A DNA stretch of 64,000 bases. Origin: a virus. Taxonomy: Duplodnaviria > Caudoviricetes. The stretch covers positions 32,001 to 96,000 of IMG/VR virus record IMGVR_UViG_3300011008_000034; one strand, given 5' to 3'. The position numbers and the translations under genes are program-made. Shown here one piece after another: positions 20,612-30,721 of this stretch. Position 1 is the first letter of the stretch, and each line of letters starts with the position of its first letter. The notes under the pieces are model-generated. The model was not told the origin of the DNA. It saw only the letters and a list, made by a program, of their open reading frames with translations, and ran no database searches.

Positions 20612-22261
20612 TCACCTTCTTAAAATATTTAAATAATTCGCGAATTGTTTGAGTTCTTCTGTAATTAAAATATCAACTTGAGTATTTTTCAAAATTTCAT
20701 TAGCTATATCATTATCTATTCCAGCGCTATATTCATCAAAATATACAATACGACTAATACCAGCTGTAACAATTGCTTTTGTACAATTCACACATGGTTT
20801 CGCAGTTACATAAATAGTGGCATCTTTTAAATTCGCTCCATTATTCATTGAATAAACAAGACTATTGATTTCACTATGAACGCCGAAACAATTGTGAACA
20901 ATTACGCAAGAATTATCACCCAAATCGATTGCAAAATTATTTGTTTTTGGAACAGATATATCATATACAGGAAATTTTCCCTCCAATTTCTTTACTTGAA
21001 CAACTTTGTGATTATTTGTCCTTGCATCTTCAAAAGCTTCTTCGAGTGAATCATAATATTTTAAGATTGTTTCGGTCTTTCGAAGTGAAGGAGTTTTATC
21101 TCCTAAACGAGTAGCAATTTTATATTTTTTACGCATCTCTTCATAATTTTCTGGAGTAACCTCTTCACCATTTTGCTTTGCTTTAAAAAATAAATTAGAT
21201 AAAGAAATTCGAATATTTCCCCTTTGACGTGATTTTATTGCTTTAGGGTCTTTATTGGATTTTAAATTTCCTTTTCGCCAATTTTCTCGTCCTCTAATTC
21301 TTGCAGTTTTTGCCCATTCTTCATTTTCCCATAATTTATTCATATTTTTACGTCCTATATCAGAACGCTTCTTTGCAAATTCAGGGTCATTTTTTGCTTT
21401 TTCGCGTTGTGCTTCAATACCTTTTCTACACATTTTCAATAATTTTTCTTTTGGCCACTTCTTCCATCCGCCATGTTTGGAAATATGTTCTCCATGAGTA
21501 AGCATTTCAAGATTCTCTGGACGATTATCTTGTTTATTTTCATTAATATGATGAACATCTCTTACATTTTTCCCAAATGGCTCGTAAAAATTATGAATAT
21601 AACGATAAACCATATGATGAGTTGCTTCATTAGATTGATATAAATAACTATTATTAATTTCCCGTTTCTGTCCATATCGATAACTATTTGAAACATATTC
21701 ATGTCCTTTATTACCTTTTTTATCATAATAAAATTTATAATAAATAGGCATACAACTATCACCATATTGTAAATCTTTTGCTTGTTTGTATGTACAATCT
21801 CTCATCATAATTAAATGGTCACTTGTACATTTAATTGATTTACCATTATCAAATATTACTTCAACAATATCATCTCTATATCCAGAACAATGAATATTTG
21901 TTGCTAATCCAGGAATTATCTTTCCTGTTTTTTCATTAATTGAATATACCCAAACATCTTTTTCATCTTTTGCCAATTCTTTTATTGTTTTATATGTTCC
22001 ATCCAGCAATTTAATAACATTATCGCCAGTTAAACATAATTCTTCATGTTCTCCAGACTTTACATGAAGTTTTTCTCTAATACATCTATTTGGAACATCA
22101 ATACAATTATCAATTCCAGATGGAGCTCCATTATATCCAGCACCAATTTGAATTTTATCTTTTACTATGACACTGCCTACTTTTCGTCTAATACATGTAG
22201 AACGAGTAGCATACATCATAGCAATTTTCATAAAAAAAACATCTAATGACTCACGCATCAT
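20612..22261 (-). CDS. dCMP deaminase containing an intein
   Basis: RSTCIRRKVG, GYNGAP, (C)FGVHSEIN and PCVNC; mature protein about 167 aa. Confidence 0.93.
   Translation of the reverse strand: MMRESLDVFFMKIAMMYATRSTCIRRKVGSVIVKDKIQIGAGYNGAPSGIDNCIDVPNRCIREKLHVKSGEHEELCLTGDNVIKLLDGTYKTIKELAKDEKDVWVYSINEKTGKIIPGLATNIHCSGYRDDIVEVIFDNGKSIKCTSDHLIMMRDCTYKQAKDLQYGDSCMPIYYKFYYDKKGNKGHEYVSNSYRYGQKREINNSYLYQSNEATHHMVYRYIHNFYEPFGKNVRDVHHINENKQDNRPENLEMLTHGEHISKHGGWKKWPKEKLLKMCRKGIEAQREKAKNDPEFAKKRSDIGRKNMNKLWENEEWAKTARIRGRENWRKGNLKSNKDPKAIKSRQRGNIRISLSNLFFKAKQNGEEVTPENYEEMRKKYKIATRLGDKTPSLRKTETILKYYDSLEEAFEDARTNNHKVVQVKKLEGKFPVYDISVPKTNNFAIDLGDNSCVIVHNCFGVHSEINSLVYSMNNGANLKDATIYVTAKPCVNCTKAIVTAGISRIVYFDEYSAGIDNDIANEILKNTQVDILITEELKQFANYLNILRR
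20891..22036 (-). mobile_element. Intein (382 aa) with HNH endonuclease
   Basis: CLTGD start, CTSDH block B, HHINENKQDNRPENL HNH motif, VYDISV...IVHN|C end. Confidence 0.92.
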
Positions 22262-22955
22262 AAATTACCTCGTCTGGTTGGATAATATTAATTTGTTCCT
22301 GTACACATTTATCTTCGGTTATCCATAAATTACCATTTTTAATATCAGGACGAAGAATTAAAGTATCTTTATTAGATACTACACGAAGACGTTGTGCATT
22401 AATATCTCCACGTGGTTTTACTTTCCAGTCTTTTGTTAAATCACAAATTTGTTTCCATTTATTAACAGAATATTTCATAGTATTATAAGCTTGTTTATGA
22501 TTTAAAATTGATGTATTAATCCCACAATAACTTAAATGCTGATTATGCATAAATTTATCAAATAACTGTCGTTCAATTAAAAATTGTTCTGGTTTTATTA
22601 AATCTTCGCCACGATGTTCAGCACGTGCTTTGATATCTTTTAAATCTGCATAAACATAAATATAAAAAGGAATAGAATTCATCTTATAAAAACGTTCTTC
22701 AATTTCATCTAAATATGAAGCTGTGTAATTTCGGATCATTGGTGCATATGTCCACTCACCTTCATGAAAACGGTCTAAAATATAATCTTTATTTTCATCA
22801 TAATTATCTAAAAATGTATAATACTGATTTTTTCCATCTTGTTCATCTTTAGGATTTTCAAAGTGTTGAGTAAAGAAATCATGATTATCTCTCAAGAATT
22901 TTTTGCACAATGAACTTTTTCCGGCACAATTACAGCCTGATACTATGATAAACAT
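22251..22955 (-). CDS. Deoxynucleoside monophosphate kinase with a short UDG-like C-terminal remnant
   Basis: P-loop SGCNCAGKSS, ILDRFH.GE..Y, R..HRGE; GGAG RBS before MFII. Confidence 0.8.
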   Translation of the reverse strand: MFIIVSGCNCAGKSSLCKKFLRDNHDFFTQHFENPKDEQDGKNQYYTFLDNYDENKDYILDRFHEGEWTYAPMIRNYTASYLDEIEERFYKMNSIPFYIYVYADLKDIKARAEHRGEDLIKPEQFLIERQLFDKFMHNQHLSYCGINTSILNHKQAYNTMKYSVNKWKQICDLTKDWKVKPRGDINAQRLRVVSNKDTLILRPDIKNGNLWITEDKCVQEQINIIQPDEVIYDA

Positions 22956-22968
22956 ATAATTACTCCTT

Positions 22969-23850
22969 TTAAAAATAGATAATTTCATTATTTGAAACCA
23001 ATACTTTTTCTTCTATATCATAACGAATATAATTTATTTTTTTTAATTTTTTCAAACAAATATTCAAAATTTTCAAGAATTCATCAGCTGATAACAATTT
23101 GTCATGTTTTGAAACAAAACGAATTACTTTCCATCCTTTTGATATAACATGAATGTCTCTATTTGAATCATTTTTATGTGTAGGGTCTTTTCTTGAAAAA
23201 CCACAATGTCCTCCACCATCATATTCAAAGTCAATTTTTTTATCAAGAAAAACTATATCAAGCAATTTCCCAAATATTGGATAATCATTAGCTACATTCG
23301 AAAAATTTTGTTGTATTATTTCATAATAATATTGTTCTTGAACAGATGTATATGCAAAACCATGTTTAGCTCTTGTTTCCATTGACTTTTGAACAACATC
23401 TTCTAATTGAAACGTATAAGGAGTATTATAGTTTGCTAAATTTGTTTGAATCATTTTATTTTTTACATCTTTATTTTTCATTGGATGGTCTGAATTGTAC
23501 TTTTTTTCCCATGTTTTCCGACGCTTTTGTTTACATTCTTCATTTTGCCAATGATGTTTTTTCCCAAATTTTTTCAAACATGTATTTTCTATACGTTTTT
23601 TTGTACAAGGATAATCAGAACAATTATCATAACCATCAAATTTTATTTGTGAAAAACTTTTATAAAAAATTTTTCCGCAAAAATCACATCTAATTGCGAT
23701 TTTTTTTGTATACCATTTTGGTAATTCAATAACTTTTACAATTATTGCATCTCCCAATTTTATATTTGTAAATCCATTCTTTCTCCAATAGTTTATATTC
23801 GATGTCCAAATTTTTACTAATTCATGTTCTTGATAAATCATAATCATCAC
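22969..23850 (-). CDS. Free-standing endonuclease (Vsr/DUF559-like C-terminus, Zn-ribbon, KYG-type repeats)
   Basis: CDFCG, T.L.KFG repeats, LDI....KIDFEYDGGGH...RD......GWKVIRF. Confidence 0.75.
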   Translation of the reverse strand: MMIMIYQEHELVKIWTSNINYWRKNGFTNIKLGDAIIVKVIELPKWYTKKIAIRCDFCGKIFYKSFSQIKFDGYDNCSDYPCTKKRIENTCLKKFGKKHHWQNEECKQKRRKTWEKKYNSDHPMKNKDVKNKMIQTNLANYNTPYTFQLEDVVQKSMETRAKHGFAYTSVQEQYYYEIIQQNFSNVANDYPIFGKLLDIVFLDKKIDFEYDGGGHCGFSRKDPTHKNDSNRDIHVISKGWKVIRFVSKHDKLLSADEFLKILNICLKKLKKINYIRYDIEEKVLVSNNEIIYF

Positions 23851-23922
23851 CTCTTTTTTATTTTATTTAAAATACTAAAAAAGCAAGCCTCACATTTTAT
23901 GGCTTGCTTTATCATTTATGTG

Positions 23923-25044
23923 TTATTTTACGATTTTATTAAATGTTTCAAATGCTTGATTAAATTGTTTTAATACAAATGAATATGTAAAAATACATTC
24001 TTCAAAATCAAGCAATGGTCGTCCAAAACGAAACGCACCTTCTTGTTCTTCGTGTTTTACCATAGGAAATTTTGTATAAGAACCAAAAAAATCTTTTCCT
24101 AAACTATAGGGAAGATGAAAAGAAAATGTTCCATAATCATTATCGGCTAATTCTAAATAATACAATGAATAATAGTCTCGTTTTATAGTACATGTACATT
24201 GTTCACATGCTAAAATTTCTTCTTCGTTTCTAAAGAAAAAATCTAAAACATTAGAACACATGTAATACGAGCGTTCTGTTCTAAATTCGTCCATATGATT
24301 ATTGCACAAACAAAAATCATATTTATGCGGTTGTTCTGGTTGATAAAATGATACTTTTGCATATGGAGACCGAAATAATGCAAACATAGCTTGTTTTTTT
24401 AATTCATAACATTCTTTTTTCTTTTCTTCATATTGGGTTTTTTTGCGATACGCTGTATAACTTTTTTCTTGATATGTTTTTGCTAATCTTGATAACCACG
24501 TTGTCCAATATGCTAAATCAAAACTGGCACAAAGAACTCTATCTTTCATTACCCATACAATTTTTTGTTCATTTAATTTAAATATAATTTCTTTTCTTAG
24601 TAAATTACGTTTATTTTTTGTTTCATTCGATTTCTTTATTTGCAGTGTTTTATCTTTTTGCGATTTTTGAAGTTTGTATTCTTCTCTCCATTGATTAATA
24701 AGTTCTTCAGTAATACAAAACCTAATTTGATATCGTGAAAATATTGGAAATTCACCGTATTTAAAAGGAATCTTATCTACAATTTTTAGTTTCCCTTCCT
24801 TTGACCAACGAAGACGTTCTGTTTTTGTACATTGTAAAGCTTCTTCCAATTGGCTTGGATAAATTGCTGTTTCTCTTTCAAAACGTTTTAAAAATTTCTT
24901 TTCTTCCGCTTTATCTTTTATTAATTCTAAAATTTTATTTTGTAAATCAACTTTTTTTAATTTACTTGTATTAGAAATATTTAGATACTCACCTAATTCG
25001 TCTTTCAATATGTCACTAAATAAATGTTCATTATCTATTTCCAT
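23923..25044 (-). CDS. Conserved-looking hypothetical protein with Cys/His cluster
   Basis: 373 aa; LCNNH, CEQC, YYSLYY and FSFHLPY motifs; own promoter. Confidence 0.65.
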   Translation of the reverse strand: MEIDNEHLFSDILKDELGEYLNISNTSKLKKVDLQNKILELIKDKAEEKKFLKRFERETAIYPSQLEEALQCTKTERLRWSKEGKLKIVDKIPFKYGEFPIFSRYQIRFCITEELINQWREEYKLQKSQKDKTLQIKKSNETKNKRNLLRKEIIFKLNEQKIVWVMKDRVLCASFDLAYWTTWLSRLAKTYQEKSYTAYRKKTQYEEKKKECYELKKQAMFALFRSPYAKVSFYQPEQPHKYDFCLCNNHMDEFRTERSYYMCSNVLDFFFRNEEEILACEQCTCTIKRDYYSLYYLELADNDYGTFSFHLPYSLGKDFFGSYTKFPMVKHEEQEGAFRFGRPLLDFEECIFTYSFVLKQFNQAFETFNKIVK

Positions 25045-25189
25045 GTGAAATCACTCCTTTATTTTATTGTACCATAAATTTTTATAACTGTACAAATTAA
25101 TAAAAGGAGGAAAATCCCTCATTTTATCTAACTCATTCATTGTTAACATCTCCTTATGAAAAAGAGAGGACATTTTAATCCTCTCTTTT

Positions 25190-25666
25190 TCAAATTAAAT
25201 CTTTAAATTTATTTTTAATTGTCTTTTCTATTTTTTGAGCATTTTCATTTATAATGTACTTTTTATTAAAAATTTCTTTATTAAAATAAACACAATAATT
25301 TTCATTATATTCAAATTTATCTTTTACATAAAAAGTTATTTTTAACGTATTTGTATTAATTATTGACAATCTTATATCATTTTTTTTATGATTTTCAATT
25401 CCTTCGTATAAAATAATTAAATCGTATTTTTTTAATAAAGTATTTTTTTCTTTTATCATTTCTCTATCAAAAAAAACAACATTTTTTTCACCTATACAAT
25501 CTATAGCATTTGTATAAAAATGAAAATACATTTTATCATTATCATTATTTTCTTCATTAAGAAGAGGATATATACAAATATGTTTTTTATGTTTTGCCAT
25601 TTTCATTAATTTTACAATTATTTTATTAGCAATTAATTGCATTCTTTCATTTTCAATATCAAACAT
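25190..25666 (-). CDS. Paralog family A protein
   Basis: Highly similar to 28414-28872; promoter at 25694-25725. Confidence 0.75.
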   Translation of the reverse strand: MFDIENERMQLIANKIIVKLMKMAKHKKHICIYPLLNEENNDNDKMYFHFYTNAIDCIGEKNVVFFDREMIKEKNTLLKKYDLIILYEGIENHKKNDIRLSIINTNTLKITFYVKDKFEYNENYCVYFNKEIFNKKYIINENAQKIEKTIKNKFKDLI

Positions 25667-25730
25667 CGTTCCTTACCTCCTTTTCTTATTTCCATTATAT
25701 CAAAAAAAAAGCTATTTGTAAATAGCTTTT

Positions 25731-26639
25731 TTATTTTGAGTTTTTCTTAAGATTATTTTTTGCATCATTATAGGCATCATTATATGATGAATATATATCA
25801 CAAATGTTATATCCTGATGAAAGTGTTATTCCATGTGATTTTATTTGATTTTTAATATCTTTAGGATTATTATCAATTTTTGTTATAAATGTATCTCTTA
25901 TTTTTAATTTATCTTTTGTATTATTTTCCATAATGTTACCACTAACATCATACATCCAAGATAATAATATTGTTTCAAAATTCCCGTTAGAATCATTTTT
26001 TGAAAATGGATACATTTCATTATAAAAAATAATTGGATAATCAACATCTAATTCAGAAATTTGTCTAGAAAAAAATCCTTCACAACCTTGATTATTATAA
26101 TATGCACGTTTATATTTATTTTCATCAAGTAAATATGAATATTCTGATTTTCTTATGTAATCAATGCAAGTTTCATCTGAAAAACTAGGTTCTAATATAT
26201 TAGGAACCTTAGATAAGCGCTTCATTCTTTTGAATAATTTAGACTCTTTTAAGTCTGGTCTTCTTTCAGATTCTGAACTAGATGTATCTTTATAGTAATA
26301 ATCAATTTCATCTGGATCATAACTATCAGAAATAGATTTATTAATCAAATCAAGTTCGCTTTTGCTATGAATAGTGTCATCTTTGATTATCTTGTCAAGA
26401 TGCGAATCTAAAGCTAACCGGTCATCATTGTAATTTTGATGAATATTGTTATCATATAAAAAATATTGTAAGATACTTTCGTCCCAATTAGAAAAATGGT
26501 CTCTCATCCATGTCCTAAACATTTTTCCAATTTTATCACATTCAATTACATCATCGTCAAAAATGTCTAAACAGTATTTCATAGTCACTATCACTGACTT
26601 TCTTTTCCTACGAGGCTTAGCAAGTCGTTTCAAAATCAA
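25731..26639 (-). CDS. Two-module protein (KRL start, internal second MKRLSK, C-half is family B)
   Basis: Internal MKRLSK...FSDETC...PIIFYNEMY aligns with 18663-19181; linker KDTSSSESERRPDL. Confidence 0.7.
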   Translation of the reverse strand: MILKRLAKPRRKRKSVIVTMKYCLDIFDDDVIECDKIGKMFRTWMRDHFSNWDESILQYFLYDNNIHQNYNDDRLALDSHLDKIIKDDTIHSKSELDLINKSISDSYDPDEIDYYYKDTSSSESERRPDLKESKLFKRMKRLSKVPNILEPSFSDETCIDYIRKSEYSYLLDENKYKRAYYNNQGCEGFFSRQISELDVDYPIIFYNEMYPFSKNDSNGNFETILLSWMYDVSGNIMENNTKDKLKIRDTFITKIDNNPKDIKNQIKSHGITLSSGYNICDIYSSYNDAYNDAKNNLKKNSK

Positions 26640-26896
26640 TCACCTCTTTATATATAAAATAAAATTTAATTACATAAATAAATAACTATGCATAAAATTG
26701 TTCCAAAAATCATGCATATCCAAGACAACCCTACTAAAGGCTCGTTAGCCCATGATTTTCTTTTATTTTTTGCAAATCAATTGTTACATATAAAGTCATA
26801 GTGATTAGTATGACAATAAGAATTGAATCAACATTTATATTCATAGTAATTTATCTCCTTATAAAAATCCCCCTCAATTAGAGGAGGATTTTATTC

Positions 26897-28303
26897 TTAC
26901 TTCTTTCTTCTTTTCTTAAAGACTTGGATTTCTTTTTCCTTTTTACCATCAATAATGGAGAAGATATTATTTGCAAATAATTCGCGATATCCCCAAACAA
27001 CTACTTCATCATCATTGTATTTATGGAACAAATCAAGATATTCATCAACAAAATCATCGTCAATTAAATACTTAATCATATCTTCTTCGGACTTGAATTT
27101 ATTATTGTCCTTAGTAGTATTGGCAAACATCTCTAACATCTGAGGACAAATAACATTTGTATCATATTCCATCTGAAGAATTTTATATCCATTTTCTATC
27201 ATTTCTTTTTGATGATTTTCGTCTTTAGCGATTTCCATCATTTCTTCAGCTGTTTCTCTAAGTTTTTCTCTATCACTAACAATCATAAATGGATGTTCAA
27301 GATTATAATCATAATATGTCCGTCCAATAGCATTAATCTTATTATGCTTTGCCCAATGAATATCAAGAACTGGAATTGCTCCACAATTAATAATTTCACA
27401 AGCAGTGTATTCCATTCTATCACCATATTCTTCAGGATGTTTATCTAAATGGAAGAAAGTACATCCAAACATAATCTGTGATAATTCTTCCATAGTTTCA
27501 TCATGAATATATTCTTTATAAACCTCAGCCATTCCCTTTTCGTTTGGTTTTGGACCACGTTTTTTATCAGTCATATCAATAGCATAAGGATTATCGTATA
27601 CGTCGGTTTTCGCTCCCAAAGATCTCTCAATACCTTTTAATACAATTTTAAAATCAGGGTCCAATTCCTTAATGTAAGGTGATAAAAACAAAAGTCTATG
27701 AGGTTCTTTAGTAGATGTCCAACGACCTAAATACATAATTTGCTTTTTCTTATTAGTATTTGTGTTCCTAAATTTTGCTTGGTCTTCTAAATCAAACCAA
27801 AGAGACATCCGTTTTACACGATCTTTTTTAGATGGGAACATTTCCGAACAAGCTTTATTAAAGAAAGTAGTTGGTCCATATCCCATAATTAAATCCATAC
27901 TATTAAAAACCGGAATCATATAAGGGATTTTATCAATATAAGTTTTATGAACTTCATGGATAAAACCTACACGAATTGGATTATTTACTCCATTAATAAT
28001 TTTTTCATAAAAAGCTTTTACATATTCTGGACCAGATTTGATATACGGATATGAAAAGAAAATTACTACATCTTTTTGATTTAAATCTTCTTGCATTTTA
28101 TCTAAATCTTCAATTTTATATGGTGTATATCTAATATTATGAGAATTTGTACGAGACATTTTTTTCCCAGCATACCCATAAATTTGAAGGTCTACACCGT
28201 TTTTGTCGCACCATGTTTGAAGTTGATGTGCACAAAAAGAACATCCACAACCTTCTACACTTCGGCCTAATATTAATGCATATTTTTTGTCTTTGTAACT
28301 CAT
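26897..28303 (-). CDS. DNA alpha-glucosyltransferase homolog (T4 AGT-like GT-B)
   Basis: GRSVEGCG, SRTNSH, YLGRWTSTK, GIERS and MEYT..E...CG.IPV correspond to T4 AGT motifs (ARGLEGCG, RTSSH, IGRTTTWK, GLERS, LEYTHLELGACGTIPV). Confidence 0.85.
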   Translation of the reverse strand: MSYKDKKYALILGRSVEGCGCSFCAHQLQTWCDKNGVDLQIYGYAGKKMSRTNSHNIRYTPYKIEDLDKMQEDLNQKDVVIFFSYPYIKSGPEYVKAFYEKIINGVNNPIRVGFIHEVHKTYIDKIPYMIPVFNSMDLIMGYGPTTFFNKACSEMFPSKKDRVKRMSLWFDLEDQAKFRNTNTNKKKQIMYLGRWTSTKEPHRLLFLSPYIKELDPDFKIVLKGIERSLGAKTDVYDNPYAIDMTDKKRGPKPNEKGMAEVYKEYIHDETMEELSQIMFGCTFFHLDKHPEEYGDRMEYTACEIINCGAIPVLDIHWAKHNKINAIGRTYYDYNLEHPFMIVSDREKLRETAEEMMEIAKDENHQKEMIENGYKILQMEYDTNVICPQMLEMFANTTKDNNKFKSEEDMIKYLIDDDFVDEYLDLFHKYNDDEVVVWGYRELFANNIFSIIDGKKEKEIQVFKKRRKK

Positions 28304-28413
28304 TATATCATTCCTTTCTTATCTTATGAAAATTATAATAATTAATCTCCTTTCCATTTAAAATATAGAAAAAAAATGTATTTTTTATCGCTAACAAATT
28401 TAAAAATGTGTTA

Positions 28414-28872
28414 TTATGTTTTATTTTTTTGAGTTTTCATAGTTTTATATTTTTCATCATTAATTTTTATGCATTTATCATTCGTTACATTTTTATTGAA
28501 ATAAACTTGAAAATTTTTATTATATTCAAATGACGAGGTTATATAAAATGTAATTTTTACAGTATTCACATCAACGATTGTTAATTTTATGTCATTTTTC
28601 TTTGCATATTCAACTCCTTCATATAAAATAACAAAATCATATTTGTTCGTTCCATCATTTAATTTTCTTTTATTAATAAAATGTACTACTTTATCATTAA
28701 TGTAGTCAATTGCATTTGTAAAAAAGAAAAAATACATTTTATCATTATCTTCATTTAAAATTGAATATATACAAATAGAATTTTTATGTTTTGTTAATTT
28801 TAAAAAAGATAACATAATTTTATCAGCAATACTTTGTAATCTCATTTCTTCAATGTTATATATAATAATCAC
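28414..28872 (-). CDS. Paralog family A protein
   Basis: Closely similar to 25190-25666; promoter at 28889-28920. Confidence 0.7.
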   Translation of the reverse strand: MIIIYNIEEMRLQSIADKIMLSFLKLTKHKNSICIYSILNEDNDKMYFFFFTNAIDYINDKVVHFINKRKLNDGTNKYDFVILYEGVEYAKKNDIKLTIVDVNTVKITFYITSSFEYNKNFQVYFNKNVTNDKCIKINDEKYKTMKTQKNKT

Positions 28873-29002
28873 TTCCTTTCACGAATATATTATACCATAA
28901 AAAAAGTTATTTGTAAATAGCTTTTTATTTATTTGATTTTGATATATTTAAAATTTTTATAATCAGTTTTTCAATTTTCATTTTTCTTCTAATAAATCTG
29001 GC

Positions 29003-29036
29003 CTTCGTTCTGATTCGGAACTAGATGTGTCTTTTA
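29003..29036 (-). repeat. 34-bp direct repeat, copy downstream of iscB
   Basis: TAAAAGACACATCTAGTTCCGAATCAGAACGAAG; 2 mismatches to 30688-30721; diverged copy at about 26260-26293. Confidence 0.9.
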
Positions 29037-30488
29037 TTCAAAAACTAATCCTTGATTTCTTTTTAAGATTTTACATTCTTTTAGTTTTGCAAATCCTTTT
29101 TCAAAAGATTTACAAATAAGATATTTTTCGTGACTTGTTCCTTCACATATATATCTTTTTTGTTTATGTAAAAATATTGCTCCTGGATATAATCGTTCCA
29201 TTTGTTTATAAATATGTCTTCCTTGAACAACAATCAAATTACTTACATTTTGAGGATATTTTTTTGCATATTCTTCTAAAGAATCTACATTCTGTGCAGT
29301 CTTTTTATGACGATTTTTACACACTATTTTTGTTTTATAATAATATAGTCTATCAATTATTCGATAACACATTTTACGATCATGTCTTCTAAATTGCCTA
29401 ATATTATACTTATTTTCAATAATAGGTTGTTTATATTGATTTAAAGACGAAACAGCAATACACCAAGCATCAATATAGTGATCCTTATTTAATTCTAAAT
29501 CATTTCTAATTTGATAAGTTTCATAACCAGTTGTACAATTCAAGGGTAAGATTTGACTTAATTGTTCTATTAATTGATTTTTAATTTGATTTAATACAGA
29601 TAATGCACCATATTTTTTTAAAAGTCCACCATGTTTTTGAACACATTTTTTATCCCATTTTTTATCTTTATGAATTAAATCATGATGTTTAAAACATACA
29701 CCAGCAATATTATCTACAGTATCATTACCACCACGACTTCTCCAAATAACGTGATGATAATGTTCAATACCATGCTTACAAAATAAGCATTTTCCTTCTT
29801 GTTGATGATAAACATATTCTTCTTTATTTTTAAATCCAAATAACTTACCTTTAGCGTATTCCCAATTTTTAATATTAGGATTTTCCAATTTAGCTATATC
29901 AAATGAATTAATTTCTAATACCAATTCGGATATAGGTAAGAATTTTTGAATCTTTTTTACAAGATTAATATGCGTACGTAATAACTGAGTCGCAGTAGGA
30001 GTTAACCATCCTTCTTTCCGCTTACGATTACAAAAACGTGATTGTTTATTTTTGATTAATTTGAATTTTACATCAACGCTATAATGAGGTAACCGTCTAA
30101 TAATTACTCTATCTTTTTGCAAAGGAAAATATTTTTTAAATCTACGAATACGTTTTTTTCTTCTATAAAAACGTCTCATATATCTACTTGCACGACGATC
30201 GTCCATTAATGTTTTTATTTTTTTATTTCTAGTAGTTACATTACTAGAAAACAATTCATTACTTTTTTCATCAACAACACATAATCCAATATTTGTTCTT
30301 CCAGGATCTATTCCTAAGATACATTTTTGTGTTTTAGTATCAGATGTATCTCTAAGAAATTGAATGGTAAATGGTTTATATTCAACTATTTTTACCTCTT
30401 TTCTTTTTAACCATCTTTTTACTCTGCCATAACTATGACATGGCATTAATGGTTTTCCATTCTTATCTAAAACATAAATGCAATTCAT
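29034..30488 (-). CDS. iscB: IscB RNA-guided endonuclease (AT-rich copy)
   Basis: PLMP domain, RuvC-I GIDPG, Arg-rich bridge helix, RuvC-II E, HNH (HHVI..S.GG.D..DN...C..HH..IH), RuvC-III HYIDA. Confidence 0.93.
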   Translation of the reverse strand: MNCIYVLDKNGKPLMPCHSYGRVKRWLKRKEVKIVEYKPFTIQFLRDTSDTKTQKCILGIDPGRTNIGLCVVDEKSNELFSSNVTTRNKKIKTLMDDRRASRYMRRFYRRKKRIRRFKKYFPLQKDRVIIRRLPHYSVDVKFKLIKNKQSRFCNRKRKEGWLTPTATQLLRTHINLVKKIQKFLPISELVLEINSFDIAKLENPNIKNWEYAKGKLFGFKNKEEYVYHQQEGKCLFCKHGIEHYHHVIWRSRGGNDTVDNIAGVCFKHHDLIHKDKKWDKKCVQKHGGLLKKYGALSVLNQIKNQLIEQLSQILPLNCTTGYETYQIRNDLELNKDHYIDAWCIAVSSLNQYKQPIIENKYNIRQFRRHDRKMCYRIIDRLYYYKTKIVCKNRHKKTAQNVDSLEEYAKKYPQNVSNLIVVQGRHIYKQMERLYPGAIFLHKQKRYICEGTSHEKYLICKSFEKGFAKLKECKILKRNQGLVFE

Positions 30489-30494
30489 TAATTA

Positions 30495-30687
30495 TTTTCC
30501 TTCCTTATAAATAAGTGAAATTTTTAATGATTATAAACCACTGAATTTCTTAACAGTTTTAGTTTCCATGGCATTTATACATATAATCTCTGTAGAGCAT
30601 TCGAGCTTGGAATCACCCCAAGGTACACATGTATTCGACTATATATTTTGCCTAGATAGATACCCCTATTCATTAATCAGATCATTT
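30495..30687 (-). ncRNA. omegaRNA of the AT-rich iscB (minimal 5' stem plus putative guide)
   Basis: CTAGGC...ACCTTGGGTGATTCCAAGCTCG..GCTCT...GCCATGGAAAC resembles the omegaRNA core; lies directly upstream of iscB. Confidence 0.7.
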
Positions 30688-30721
30688 CTTCGTTCTGATT
30701 CGGAACTGGATGTATCTTTTA
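30688..30721 (-). repeat. 34-bp direct repeat, copy upstream of omegaRNA
   Basis: TAAAAGATACATCCAGTTCCGAATCAGAACGAAG. Confidence 0.9.

Noticed and set aside
26260-30721. The three ~34-bp repeats as a CRISPR array linked to IscB
   Set aside because: Copies are 1.7 and 2.7 kb apart, are not palindromic, and one lies within a coding frame; there is no repeat-spacer periodicity.
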